DNA of 64,000 nt from a virus. The stretch spans positions 1 through 64,000 of IMG/VR virus record IMGVR_UViG_3300012936_000001; one strand, written 5' to 3'. Shown here piece after piece: positions 19,883 to 31,700 of this stretch; position 1 is the stretch's first letter, and each line of letters starts with the position of its first letter. The notes beneath the pieces are model-generated. The model did not search any database. It saw only the letters and a program-made list of their open reading frames with translations, and was not told the origin of the DNA. A program made the translations under genes and the position numbers.

Positions 19883-22800
19883 GCACAAGAAAGAAAAATC
19901 TTTGGGGTTATTCCGAATACGAAAGAGCACTCAAGTCCGGTAATTCAAAATTATCCGCTAATAAAGACTCATTATCAAAAAAATACGGAATTAATTCAAT
20001 AAGTTCATGGAAAAATTCTGAGTTAGAATCTGGATTGCAGAATACACAACAATTAAATGTTAATTGGTCTGATTTTTCTCAACACACTTTTTTTAATTCG
20101 GCAGAAGCTAAGGTTAATGTTGCATTTGACAAAATAATAAACCAGTTTCCTTTTGATGGGACGCAACAGGAAGTGCAAGAATACTTGGCTTCTCTTTCTG
20201 GATACGAATCTCACGTCTTGCAAAAGTTTCCAAAAAATATTGGTTACATAACATTTATGTCTTCAAGCAAAAACTATATAAAAGTAACTGATCAGAGAGG
20301 GTATGTTTTTCCTTCAATAACAAAAAATGCAGATTTAAAATCTAGCGTTTTTGACAAACTAGGAGGAAATAATTCGTTGTCGATAGAGTTCTATTATGCT
20401 CACCCGACAGGAAGTATTGGCACAACACAAGAAATGGTCATTTTTCAGGCCCTGAATAACACCGGCACCTCCGGTATCTCTATTTTTGTTTCCCAAACAA
20501 CTGAAATTACACCGGACTTTTCTATAACATCAGTTATAACAGATTCAACAGGGATTCAGCTGCTATCTCAGGTTTCCGGTATAAAAAAAGGAAAATTTCA
20601 TCACTTTGTTATTAATTTTGAACAAGGGACTTCAAATAAATTAAAAACATACGTAAATCAAATATTAAAAGATTCTTCTATAGAACAGAGCGAATTGTCT
20701 TTGCTGTTTGAAGACAATAATGTTTTTTATGTAGGATACGGGAAGCCGCACACATATTATAACGGAGGATTAGTTACATCTGTAGCTACAACTTCATATT
20801 TGACCGGGTCTATGAAGGACTTTAGAATTTGGAATAAAACATTTGCCACTACTGGCGACATGAAATACGTTGCAGAAAATGGTTCATTTGCGCAAGACGA
20901 TCTAAGACTTCAGTTAAAATTTAACGAACCTTCTGGAAGCCATGCTAATTCTACTGTGGTCATAGATTCTTCCGGAAACGGTGTACACGGTCTGTTTTTT
21001 ACAAATGGATCTCAAGCTATCGTAAATAAAAATAGAGAAAAAGAAACGTATAGTTCTCCGGTCATATATGAAAATCCTTTATTGTGTCCAATATTATTTC
21101 CTTCTTTCCCTTCTGTTGTATCCCTAAATCAATTAATGCTTCAAAATGCATTTCAGTATGACATCAATAATCCTAATCTTATTACAAAACTAATACCTGC
21201 ACATTATTTTAGAGAAGCAGAATTTTTTGAAGGATTTTCTCTAGAAGATGTCGGAAACGATTATGAAACTCTTAAGAATTTCCCGGGTGGCGGAAAGATT
21301 CCACAAGCGCAGTTAATAACATTGTTTTTATTTGTGTGGGCAAGATTTTTTGACGAAATGAAACTCTATATCGATAATTTCAGATCTCTTCGTTTAGCAA
21401 ATTATGAAATGAAAGATTCTATTCCGCTTCAGTTTATGCCATTTCTTGCAAGGTATTACGGATTTGAACTACCTAATCCTTTTTCTAATTCTAATATTAA
21501 TCAATATCTAGACTCTGTAGATATTGATATTCAAAACGGAAGGACAACAACATCCTTGCAGTCTAGCCTTGAGCAGATGTGGAATAGAATGTTGGTAGAA
21601 ATGCCTTATGTTATTAGATCAAAAGGCACAAAGTCAGCTATAAAATCTCTAATGAATGCTGCTGGCATAAACATGGAATCAACTTTTCGAATAAAAGAGT
21701 ACGGAGGCTCTACAAAGAAAAAAATATTAAGATCCAGAAAGAAAAAAGAATCTCAATATAGGTATATCGATTTTGTTACAGCTAGTCACATGCAGTCTAA
21801 GCCCCTCAAAGCATTCAGACATGAGCCTGGTGCCCCAGATCCAGCCTCGGGGCCGTCTGAATCAACTGTTCTTATTGAAGCCGGAGATATTAAGATAGTA
21901 AAGCCAGGAAATCCTCCTACACTCACGCAAATTACTTCTGGGTCTTGGACATGGGAAGGCCATTATAAATTTAATGCCGATACAAAAAATTATAATCAGT
22001 CTATATTTAGGCTTGAAGCACAAAGATCAACAGGAACCGCAAAGAACCTTCTTGTTAATTTAATAGCCGCCAGATCACCAGATTTTGCTAGCAATTCCAA
22101 TAGCTTGACTTTACATGTCGATGCTGCAAACACTGGATCAACAAGCATTTCTATAGAAGACATACAACTTTGGGACGGCTCAAGATGGTATATCAACGTA
22201 TCCCATGAATTTGGATTTGTATCATCAAGCTATTATCTTTATGCTTCTAAGCCAGGAATAGATAATATCATATCAGAATATTCTGGTTCTTTTACATACC
22301 CTAACACTTCGGCTAACTTGCTTAGTACATTTAATGCAACAGAAAACCCTGTTAATTCAGGTTCGAGAATAGCAATCGGTGAACCATCCACCCCGACGAC
22401 TTACACCACTAATTATTTGGGATCATCGCTAGCATTAGGGTCAAATGGGTCTACGCAATTCTTTGATGGGGAACTAGGACAATTCAGAATATGGTCAAAA
22501 TTTCTTTCTGGATCAGAAATAACCGAGCACGCAATAAACCCTTTCTCTGTTGGCGTTACTGATCCGATAGTAAATTATAATTTTATTACAGATGTAAATC
22601 TAGACATAGCGAATACGTCGACGCAGCTGGATGTTGGCCTTCCTGTTGGGTCATGGCAAAGAATAAGAGGTCAGTATGAGCTATATCAGAGTGTATCATC
22701 TTCTAATTCATCTGGTCACCTAGAGATTGAGGATGTGTCCAGAAACGAAATATCGTTTTTTGTAACGGGCTCTATTTCCTCAAGAATGATAAAAAGCAAA

Positions 22801-23376
22801 CCAATATCATATACCATAGTAAATCCGTATTTCGCAGACTATACGGAGCAAAATAAAATTAGAGTTCATTCTTATCTTACGCAGTCGAATGCAGAAAAAA
22901 ATTCTGGATTTCACGGATCAGTTTACGACATTAACGAAATAGAAACATTTGATGACAACAGATTTTCAATCGATATGTCTTCTGTACAGTCCATAGACGA
23001 AGATATTATGAATCTCATGCCTTCTACGGATATTCTGAACGAGTATCTAGGTTCTCCGGAAATGCAATATTCGGTGAATTATCCAAAACTAGATAAATTA
23101 TCAGACGTATACTTCAATCGTCTTACTGGGAAAATGAATTATACCCAGTTGTTTGAATTTTTCAAATGGTTCAGAGTTAATTTCGCACCTATAATAGAAA
23201 AATTACTACCATCAAACGTAAATTTCCTTGGAGTTAATTTTGTAATCGAATCACATTTCCTTGAAAGAAATAAGTATGAATATAAGCAAGGTGATGTTCA
23301 TGTTGATTTAAATTCTCGTGTGGCAGCAGAGTTAACACCGTTACCATTTGAGGGTACATTCAAAAAGGAGATTTAA
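19879..23376 (+). CDS. Large baseplate protein with LamG-like domains (gp7/tail-I-like segment)
   Basis: LamG-type motifs (SIEFY, FHHFVI, FRIWNK, DGELGQFRIWSK) and an LARYYGFE...IRSKGTKSAIKSLM gp7/P2-I-like segment. Confidence 0.6.
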   Translation: MSTRKKNLWGYSEYERALKSGNSKLSANKDSLSKKYGINSISSWKNSELESGLQNTQQLNVNWSDFSQHTFFNSAEAKVNVAFDKIINQFPFDGTQQEVQEYLASLSGYESHVLQKFPKNIGYITFMSSSKNYIKVTDQRGYVFPSITKNADLKSSVFDKLGGNNSLSIEFYYAHPTGSIGTTQEMVIFQALNNTGTSGISIFVSQTTEITPDFSITSVITDSTGIQLLSQVSGIKKGKFHHFVINFEQGTSNKLKTYVNQILKDSSIEQSELSLLFEDNNVFYVGYGKPHTYYNGGLVTSVATTSYLTGSMKDFRIWNKTFATTGDMKYVAENGSFAQDDLRLQLKFNEPSGSHANSTVVIDSSGNGVHGLFFTNGSQAIVNKNREKETYSSPVIYENPLLCPILFPSFPSVVSLNQLMLQNAFQYDINNPNLITKLIPAHYFREAEFFEGFSLEDVGNDYETLKNFPGGGKIPQAQLITLFLFVWARFFDEMKLYIDNFRSLRLANYEMKDSIPLQFMPFLARYYGFELPNPFSNSNINQYLDSVDIDIQNGRTTTSLQSSLEQMWNRMLVEMPYVIRSKGTKSAIKSLMNAAGINMESTFRIKEYGGSTKKKILRSRKKKESQYRYIDFVTASHMQSKPLKAFRHEPGAPDPASGPSESTVLIEAGDIKIVKPGNPPTLTQITSGSWTWEGHYKFNADTKNYNQSIFRLEAQRSTGTAKNLLVNLIAARSPDFASNSNSLTLHVDAANTGSTSISIEDIQLWDGSRWYINVSHEFGFVSSSYYLYASKPGIDNIISEYSGSFTYPNTSANLLSTFNATENPVNSGSRIAIGEPSTPTTYTTNYLGSSLALGSNGSTQFFDGELGQFRIWSKFLSGSEITEHAINPFSVGVTDPIVNYNFITDVNLDIANTSTQLDVGLPVGSWQRIRGQYELYQSVSSSNSSGHLEIEDVSRNEISFFVTGSISSRMIKSKPISYTIVNPYFADYTEQNKIRVHSYLTQSNAEKNSGFHGSVYDINEIETFDDNRFSIDMSSVQSIDEDIMNLMPSTDILNEYLGSPEMQYSVNYPKLDKLSDVYFNRLTGKMNYTQLFEFFKWFRVNFAPIIEKLLPSNVNFLGVNFVIESHFLERNKYEYKQGDVHVDLNSRVAAELTPLPFEGTFKKEI

Positions 23377-23378
23377 AG

Positions 23379-24866
23379 ATGGCAAAAGACACAACAAGAT
23401 CATCAAGGTTCTCGCAAAAAAGAGGTACCCAGATAGGACTTGATTCTTATTCAAAAGGACAAGAACTTCCGACGCAAAGAATCCTGCATGCAGGTCTTGT
23501 ATCAATCGGTAGATCTCGAAGTCAGTTTGTAAGAAAAAGATATGATGTTGTACCGGCTGACGCCACCAACAATATACCTCATGAGTCATTTAGGGTAATA
23601 AATTTTCACGAATCTGCTTGGGACGACACAACTTTTGATGCTTATGGTTATAATCCATTCCATTCGGCGAGAAACAACGAGGTATTCATTGCGAGCATTC
23701 TGGACAATGTAAAAGATGGCACCGTTTTTAGATCAGAGGCTGTATTTGATCCTGTCTTTTATAAACACTATAAAGATCATCACGACAGAGAAAGTGTGTA
23801 TCTTGAAAAAGAAGACGTTTCAATGTCAGCTTTCAACGTGCTTGATTTTATGTCCGGATCAAAATATTTTGATTTACCTTTTGATGAAAACATATATTCC
23901 CACAGAATGGGAATTCAAAAAGAATGGATGCTAGAATTGCTAGCAAAACAAACATTTAATTTACGGCAAGAACATCCTATGTCTGCTGCCACAGGTATAC
24001 AAAGAAAATTTGTTCGCACTGATTATTCTGGAGAAATAAGAAATAGCAATATACGAGAGTTGTATTTCGAAGACTGGCCTGTTCTAATAAGTTTTGAGCT
24101 TACTGGCTCTCGTGTAGATGCAGATTATGTTCGGGCAGCAGAGTCTGTCCTGAATGAAGAAATATTTTTTGAAGAAAATGATATAAACATTAATCCTTTA
24201 ATAGATGATCCAATCAACATTCCAAACGCTCATGATCCTGAAATTATGAATCAGCTGTATACGTTCCGGGGAGAATTTGATCATTCTTCGAATCCGACAC
24301 CTATATATTTTGTAAAAAACAGCGAAGGAATATTTGAATTGGCTTTATTAAACGCGGCCAATGCTTCTAAGTCTGATCTAGGTAAATTTGATAGTTCCAT
24401 CATAATTGATCAGTCACACGTGTCGAATCACGGACGTCCTCTAACACTTTTCTTGAACGACGGAACTTACTATGACACAAAGACTGTCCCATCAAACCAT
24501 GCTGCCACAGCTGACTCTGTCCTCAATTACACCGGTACTTTCTCTGTTGGCTATGAGATAAATGGTAGTTCAGTTACGAGGTCTTCATACTTTGCATCTG
24601 TAAAAGCCGGTACATATAGCAAAGCTCAAATAAAATTGGACGCTTCCTTCTCCGGTGACTTGATTATTTTTGTCGACAAAGACGTTAACAGGCAACATCG
24701 CTTAGAAATAGAACCATATTACGTATCTCGTGGCCTGCCAGGAGAAGCACCGTTAACTCCATTCAATTTATATAACAAGAAGAATCATATAAATGGTCAT
24801 TCCGGTCATATAGCAGAGCCATCACAAAGATATGATTCTATTGCGTTCAGAGGTCTAAAAAGATAA
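23379..24866 (+). CDS. Hypothetical virion protein
   Basis: 495-aa ORF inside the tail module, coupled to its neighbours. Confidence 0.55.
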   Translation: MAKDTTRSSRFSQKRGTQIGLDSYSKGQELPTQRILHAGLVSIGRSRSQFVRKRYDVVPADATNNIPHESFRVINFHESAWDDTTFDAYGYNPFHSARNNEVFIASILDNVKDGTVFRSEAVFDPVFYKHYKDHHDRESVYLEKEDVSMSAFNVLDFMSGSKYFDLPFDENIYSHRMGIQKEWMLELLAKQTFNLRQEHPMSAATGIQRKFVRTDYSGEIRNSNIRELYFEDWPVLISFELTGSRVDADYVRAAESVLNEEIFFEENDININPLIDDPINIPNAHDPEIMNQLYTFRGEFDHSSNPTPIYFVKNSEGIFELALLNAANASKSDLGKFDSSIIIDQSHVSNHGRPLTLFLNDGTYYDTKTVPSNHAATADSVLNYTGTFSVGYEINGSSVTRSSYFASVKAGTYSKAQIKLDASFSGDLIIFVDKDVNRQHRLEIEPYYVSRGLPGEAPLTPFNLYNKKNHINGHSGHIAEPSQRYDSIAFRGLKR

Positions 24867-27800
24867 TGCCTACTTATTCTAGAGACAGATTACCATACAA
24901 CTTATTGAAAAAACAGTACCTTCGTCCAGGCGAAAATGCTTATACCTATTTTGATAATTTGGCAGCATGGATCAGAGCCGGAAGCGCAACTTCGAAGAAT
25001 TATAGTGTTTCTACTACCAGCGGAGGAGTAGTTCAGAACGAATTCGCTCCAACAAGATTCCAGTTCCCAGCTTTCTATGTAAATGAGGGATCTGCTGGGG
25101 GTGGACCAGAGTTTAGGATAACACATACTTCCAATTTTTCTAACACTTTTGCACCGGGACCCACTTTCGATAGTGGCTTCTTGATATCTTTTTGGTTCAA
25201 ACTAACAGAATTTTCTCACGCAGACGCGTCATCTTCAGGGTCCAATATAATTTGCATTACCGATGGTACTAGCGGACAGAGAATAGTTGAGATTTTTTGT
25301 TCTGAATCTGGAGCTAGCCTTCCGCAAGTCGGCATTAGATTTTATGATTCGGTAAGCCCTTCTACCAAATTTGTCGAAATGAAAAGTGCTTTTGGAGTAG
25401 ACGTTACAAAATGGAACCATATAGCCTTTTGGTGTGACGGATCTTCCTTTGGAAACACAATAAAAAATCCGGATTTTAATTTTATTCTAAATGGAGAATA
25501 TCCTAACAGGGCAGGTTGGCAAGAGAGTGAAACTTTTTCCGCGGCTGCCGGCACTCAAATATCAACAGCTCATGCATCTACATCCGTAGTCGTAAAATTT
25601 GGAAATGGAGGTGGATCTTCTGTTCCTTCTTCTAATACCGTTGATGATTCTTATATGAATGGATATATCGCTGATGTTGCTATTTATAACCACGGTGTTC
25701 CACACTTGACGTTTAGTTCCGCTACCGCTAATCCTACAGACGTCAGTTTGCTATATAGACTTTCACTTCTAGGTGCATTCCAGGAACAATCTGGATTCTT
25801 AAATAACCCAGAAAGAATCATGAGAAACACTCTTGATGAAAGATCTTATTGGCCATCGACAGTAAAGGGCGGAGACCAAAGAAGATTAGGAAATCCATCG
25901 ATAAAATGGGACGATGCAAAGCGACCAGAATATACAACCACACAAGTCAGTTATCCATCGTTATTGCACAGAAACGATTCTTTACTTACTTCTTCTATCT
26001 ATCAAACATACGTTGACGGCCAATTAAATGTTCCTACGGGTGCCAGGACGATTCCAAGATACGCATATGATATGTTTTATGAAAGAGAAGATGAAGTATC
26101 TCTGTCGCCGTTTGAAGACTCTAGAGTATACATTGATCGAAGTAGTAATTTTTACCTGAGCGGTTCTGATATTTCTGGTTTCACAGGTTCGCTAGCCGGC
26201 AAGGATGTTGTCGTTATGGAATTTCCTGTACAAAACAGTATTACGTTTATCAAAGGAAATTATAACACGACCACTGGTGACGAAGAACATTATATGGCCT
26301 ACTATAATGTAGCAGAAGAAAAATTAACTTTTCAACCAGGCGCAAGAATAATTAGTAATTCTTTTCCAGATACTAATTCTTCGTTCACCCTAAAGAGTGG
26401 CCAAAGAGCTAACGCAAAGAATTTTGACATTGCCAGACATGCATGCTTCGGCTTTACGCCGTTTCCAAAGACGATATCAACTGGTTCGAGCGTAACCGAT
26501 TTTAACGCATATCCAGCTGCTTACTATTCTGGCAGTGGCAGCCCTACAGAAATAGCAGGTTTTCCGTCCGATTCTAGATATGAACCAGCTTCAGGATCTC
26601 AATCGTTTATCTTGGCTTCAGATTATATAAATGCTCCATTCCTGGTTGAAAAGATCGTTATTTCGCCTACGCAACAGGTTGCTGACACTGCCGGCAATGC
26701 ATCTAGTGCATTCTTGCATTTGTACAACTCGGGTGTAAACCCTTCGACAACTGAAAGAATAAGCGAAGCTGGAGCAAGCGACATCACTCTAATGGCAAAC
26801 TACAGCACTATTTTTATGATGAGGCATTACGACTGCCCGGTTGATGACAACAAAACTATTACTTCCGTTGGTAAAATATTTGATTATGAACAGCCCGGAA
26901 TTACCGGCTCATATGCTGCGTATATCGGTTATCAGATACTACCATACACAGATAGAAACCCGTCATACCCAAATGGTACAATCCCTGGAGCCAGTAGACA
27001 CTCTCAAACGAATGTGACAGGTTCAACAAACAGAGAATTGGTTTTCTATGCTAACATCGGTTTTATAAATGACTTAGACCTTACTCCCTTACACACTAAT
27101 GCAAATCAAGGACTAAGGGAATCGATAGGCATGGAAAACTATTTTGACTTTGCAGTAACAGACGGAAACAAGGATGACTTTCTTCTTTATTTGTCTTCAT
27201 CTGTTTTAATAGAAACTACGCCCAGAGCAATTCAGCAATCAAACCATTTGGGTAGCATCGATCTAGGTAATATTAAGACAACAACCCCCACTGGACAATC
27301 CGCGCGCGGTGGTTGGAACTTAAGATGGACTGGTGGACCAACGACACTTTCGCAAGGCTTCTCATCACGACTTTTCGAAAACCACGTTGCTACAGCTCCC
27401 GAAAAGACAGTTATTGCAGTTAGGCCTGCAGATGAACCCATTGCCCCAGTCGACGTTGAGTTTAATGTTGGCACTCAAAATTCAACTAGTTTTTTATTAT
27501 TTCCTGAAGACAAATTGATATTAGGCATACAAGGTGGAAACATAAATGGAGGTATGTCACTGAGAGTAGATCCTGGTAACATTAAGATACAATTGTTCGG
27601 TTCTTACGTCGAAAACTCTAGACCCAAATTACCTATGCTGAATCAATCCCATGGATACACGGAGGCTGTACATGGTGCAATAGGTGAAATTTCCATACAT
27701 GATCAGTTTGACATATCATATAGACAAGAGTTTTCTGGTTCAAACCCTGATACCTTTATGGGGATAGCTGAATTTATTAACCCTTCAACCGTAAGTGCAG

Positions 27801-28795
27801 CATTTTTTCCGTCGAATGTGGTTAATTTTGAATTGCCAAATCGGGATCGATCCAAGCCGTTTGTCGTCGCCAGTAACGCTACAGCGAATTCTCATCTAGG
27901 AATTGAATCATTAAATAGAGCAAGAGCCGGACTTGCTTCAGATGGAACGGTTGGTGATTATGCTTCGCTTAGAAGGAATACACGAGTATCAGAAAATGGG
28001 TTATTTGATAAGGATTCTATTGTTTTTTCTTTGCCAGATATTTGGGATGTCGATGGGGCAACAGGTGTTACGAATACAGGCACAGCGTCTATTTTCTCAA
28101 TTGGAGATCATGCCGCCTCAAATACGAAATGGGCTTTTGCATTTCCTTTTGAAGACAGATATAACTCTGTTGATAGGGTCTATAAGAGAATTCCAGGTTT
28201 CCCTCTACCGATAATTTCAGACGGATCAAGCAGGCCGACTCATACAATAGGGTCTACTGGCGGAGGCACAGGAAATATGATCTATCCTAAAGCTTGGTTT
28301 TTTAGAGATTCGTATTCTGCTTTTGATAATGCCGCTGATACTGAAGACTGGGCCGCATTCGGAATGTTTTTTGGATTTGGATCTGGACCTAGAGGAATGC
28401 ATAATGCAATCCGGTTAACCATAAACAGTTTGCCTGTTGATTATGGCGATTGCCCAAGAGGAGCAAAATATGGGCTTTCTAATTGGTGGCCAACATCTCG
28501 ATCCGCGGTCTTTCGAAGAACCTCACATGGCCAATTCAGGGATATGCTAGAACCTAGACTATACGGACCAACGCTTGATGACACTTTAACACAAATAGAC
28601 GACTCAATAGTTTCCAGAGTACTAATTAGTAATGGGGCAGTAGAATTCTTGGATGCCGCTGATTCTGTCATTGGAAATAAGGATGAAAACTACAAAGTAA
28701 AAGTTCCTTTTTTCGATATAGATAAAGTCGTGCCTACCACGAACCCTCTGCCTCCGACTAACAATGTTGTCACTACAGTTATCGATTCGTTATAG
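24866..28795 (+). CDS. Large virion protein with an N-terminal LamG-like domain
   Basis: ISFWFK, WNHIAF and GYIADVAIYN LamG signature. Ser/Thr/Gly-rich. Confidence 0.6.
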   Translation: MPTYSRDRLPYNLLKKQYLRPGENAYTYFDNLAAWIRAGSATSKNYSVSTTSGGVVQNEFAPTRFQFPAFYVNEGSAGGGPEFRITHTSNFSNTFAPGPTFDSGFLISFWFKLTEFSHADASSSGSNIICITDGTSGQRIVEIFCSESGASLPQVGIRFYDSVSPSTKFVEMKSAFGVDVTKWNHIAFWCDGSSFGNTIKNPDFNFILNGEYPNRAGWQESETFSAAAGTQISTAHASTSVVVKFGNGGGSSVPSSNTVDDSYMNGYIADVAIYNHGVPHLTFSSATANPTDVSLLYRLSLLGAFQEQSGFLNNPERIMRNTLDERSYWPSTVKGGDQRRLGNPSIKWDDAKRPEYTTTQVSYPSLLHRNDSLLTSSIYQTYVDGQLNVPTGARTIPRYAYDMFYEREDEVSLSPFEDSRVYIDRSSNFYLSGSDISGFTGSLAGKDVVVMEFPVQNSITFIKGNYNTTTGDEEHYMAYYNVAEEKLTFQPGARIISNSFPDTNSSFTLKSGQRANAKNFDIARHACFGFTPFPKTISTGSSVTDFNAYPAAYYSGSGSPTEIAGFPSDSRYEPASGSQSFILASDYINAPFLVEKIVISPTQQVADTAGNASSAFLHLYNSGVNPSTTERISEAGASDITLMANYSTIFMMRHYDCPVDDNKTITSVGKIFDYEQPGITGSYAAYIGYQILPYTDRNPSYPNGTIPGASRHSQTNVTGSTNRELVFYANIGFINDLDLTPLHTNANQGLRESIGMENYFDFAVTDGNKDDFLLYLSSSVLIETTPRAIQQSNHLGSIDLGNIKTTTPTGQSARGGWNLRWTGGPTTLSQGFSSRLFENHVATAPEKTVIAVRPADEPIAPVDVEFNVGTQNSTSFLLFPEDKLILGIQGGNINGGMSLRVDPGNIKIQLFGSYVENSRPKLPMLNQSHGYTEAVHGAIGEISIHDQFDISYRQEFSGSNPDTFMGIAEFINPSTVSAAFFPSNVVNFELPNRDRSKPFVVASNATANSHLGIESLNRARAGLASDGTVGDYASLRRNTRVSENGLFDKDSIVFSLPDIWDVDGATGVTNTGTASIFSIGDHAASNTKWAFAFPFEDRYNSVDRVYKRIPGFPLPIISDGSSRPTHTIGSTGGGTGNMIYPKAWFFRDSYSAFDNAADTEDWAAFGMFFGFGSGPRGMHNAIRLTINSLPVDYGDCPRGAKYGLSNWWPTSRSAVFRRTSHGQFRDMLEPRLYGPTLDDTLTQIDDSIVSRVLISNGAVEFLDAADSVIGNKDENYKVKVPFFDIDKVVPTTNPLPPTNNVVTTVIDSL

Positions 28796-28797
28796 TT

Positions 28798-31700
28798 ATG
28801 CCACCAAAAAAAATATTATCAGTATCAAACAAACCAAATCATCAGTATACTAAGGCACAGCTAGAGGTTACTGATTTTATTGTTCTTAGGAAGTCTAACA
28901 ATAGACATATTATCAAAATCGTTTCCCCTAACGATTATCAGATAGGTCTAAATCAATCCGGCTTCGAGGCCTCCTTAAATGTAATAGGTGACATAACTGG
29001 ATCAACAGTAGAGGCAAAAAATGAATTCAGGGGTTCATTAACTAAATTAACTGATGGCACTGCCTATCTCTTAGCAGGCTCAAATATTACTATAACGACC
29101 GGTTCATCTGGTGCAATAACTATTGCAACTAGTACGGCGACAGGAACAACGACAAACGCACTTACTATATCTGATGGTCTTCAGTTGAATTCTGGTACAA
29201 CGTTCGACGGATCTGCAGCGGTAACACTTTCTGCAGACTTAAAATCTTCTGGTGGCCTAAAAATTGATTCTGGAGAATTAGCAATAGAGCCTGCAGACTT
29301 TGCCGGCGCCGGTCTGACCGATGATGGTTCTGACAATTTGGCTATTGATATTTCCGGACAAACTCTGGTTTCCGCCACGACTTCTGACCATGTACTTATA
29401 CTTGATGCTACAGATGGAGCATTGAAAAAGGCAACTGTCGCCACGATACAGGCCGCTGGAGCAACTCTAGATATTGCCGGATTGTCCAATACACTTACCG
29501 AATCTACGCTCGCCACAGGGGACTTGATAGCTGTTGCAGATATCAATGCGTCAAATGAGGTGAAAAAAATTACAGTAGAAGACGTTGGACAATATCTCGC
29601 ATCCGCAACTAATTCCGGAATAGGTGAATCCTCAGGTAAATTAAAAATTGATGCTAATGACCTCGCGACATCTTCTAATATAAACGTTGCTGCAGACTCC
29701 ATTATTTTTGTTGATGCCGATGATAATGTGTCTTATAAAGACTCTATAGCTGATCTTGTCACCGGAATAGCCGGTACAGTAACAGCAACTGGACTTGCGT
29801 CATCTTCTGGTACCCTTGTCTTAGATATAACAAATCAATCAAGCGTAGGGTCGCTGAGTAATAGTGACGAGATAATAATATATGATGTTGATGCTGCCGC
29901 TCTCAAGAAAACCACGATTGCAGATGTCCAGTCTGCTTCTGCTGCCCCAACAACTGCACAGTATATAGTACTAACAACAGACTCCACTCTTTCAAACGAG
30001 CGAGTATTAACAGCTGGCGACGGCTTGGACCTGGCAGACGGAGGAGCAGGTTCCTCAGCAACTTTGGCTGTTGATGTAACTGATTTTATTGACACAAGCT
30101 ACGGTTTGACAGAATCGTCTAACAATATTAGGCTAAATTTAAAGTCCTCGGCAGGACTAAAATTTGATTCTGGTGCGCTATCTATTGAACCAAATGATTT
30201 TGCAGGTACCGGACTGCAGGATGATGGAGCCGATAATTTGGCTGTCGTGTACGGTACATCAGCCTCAAGCGCTGCAAAGGGATCAAATACAATTTCTGTT
30301 AACGCTGGAGATGGTCTATCTGGTGGCGGAACAATGACGATTGGTCATACATCGGACTCTGTTACTTTGAACATAAGGCCTTCTGATTTTGCCGGTACTG
30401 GAACATCTGTATTCAACTCAAATATATCGACATATATTCAAGGAGGATCGAATATTACAGTTACCACCGGTTCGGACAATCAGCTTGTTATTGCAGCTAC
30501 ATCAGGAGGCGGTGGTTCCTCTATCGGGTCAATGAGTTCATTTACGGTTACAGCCGACTCAGGCGTCAATCAAGTAATAGAAGACTCAAATACTCTTAGG
30601 ATTTCTGGCGGCACTGGAATCACAACCGCGGTGTCTGCAACCGATACAATCACAGCAACAATCAATGATTCTGTTGTCGCGACCCTAACCGGGTCTCAAT
30701 TTTCTGGAAACATTGGAGTAACCGGTTCAATAGAAGCAACATCCCATATTAGCGGATCAGTTATAAGTGGATCTGTTATAATAGGCCAAGCTCTTTCCGG
30801 ATCTTTGACGAAACTTCAATCTGGCGGTGATTATCTTATAGCCGGTTCAAATATTACGATTTCTACCGGTTCTTCTGGAGCGATTACAATTGCTTCTCTT
30901 GATGGAGGTACAATCGGTGTTGCCGAAGACGGAACGTATGAAGATGGTATTTTTACAGACTTTGTTGCAACGACTCCTACTGGTACAGCTATAGATAGAT
31001 TCAATGAATTATTTAAACTTATGGCGCCTGCTCCGGCTCCGGACCTTGACAATTTTGATGTCGACACACCAGATGGCATAACTGCCTTTCTTTCCTTTGG
31101 CGCAAGCAACAATCAATTTTTTGCAACACCCAGCTATGCGTCGAGTAGTGCAGAGGCCGGATTCAGCGCTGTTGATGTAAATGGATCGTATGCACCAGGC
31201 ACATCTGGTACGAACATAAGAAAAGGAATTTATACTGGGACTGATATTATAAGCGGAACCTTGAATGAAGATGTAGCAATCGCACAACACAATTCCGGAG
31301 TGACCAATCATGTTGCAAATGCTTTTGGAAACGCAAATGAGGGAACTTTGCGATTACATGTAAATGGAGTAGTTGTACACAGCGTTGACTTGTCATTGGC
31401 TTCTGCCGGTACAGGCGTTCCTGGTTCTGGCACCGGCACTCAATTAAACAGTAATGCTTCAGGATTCGTAACACTATCTCAGACTGGATCTGCAGTTCAA
31501 TCAACTGGTGTAGATTTTGATACTTTTCAACACAGAACAGGACAATTTCAGGTTGGTACAGCTGATCAAAGAAATGGATGGAATTATGCGCAAGTCGTTC
31601 ACGATAAAGGTGGAACTAGTGTCACAACAAACTATGTTGAATGGATAAACGATTCTAATTCAGATGTTCTTGCCGCAGCAGGAAATTCAATTAGTTTTGA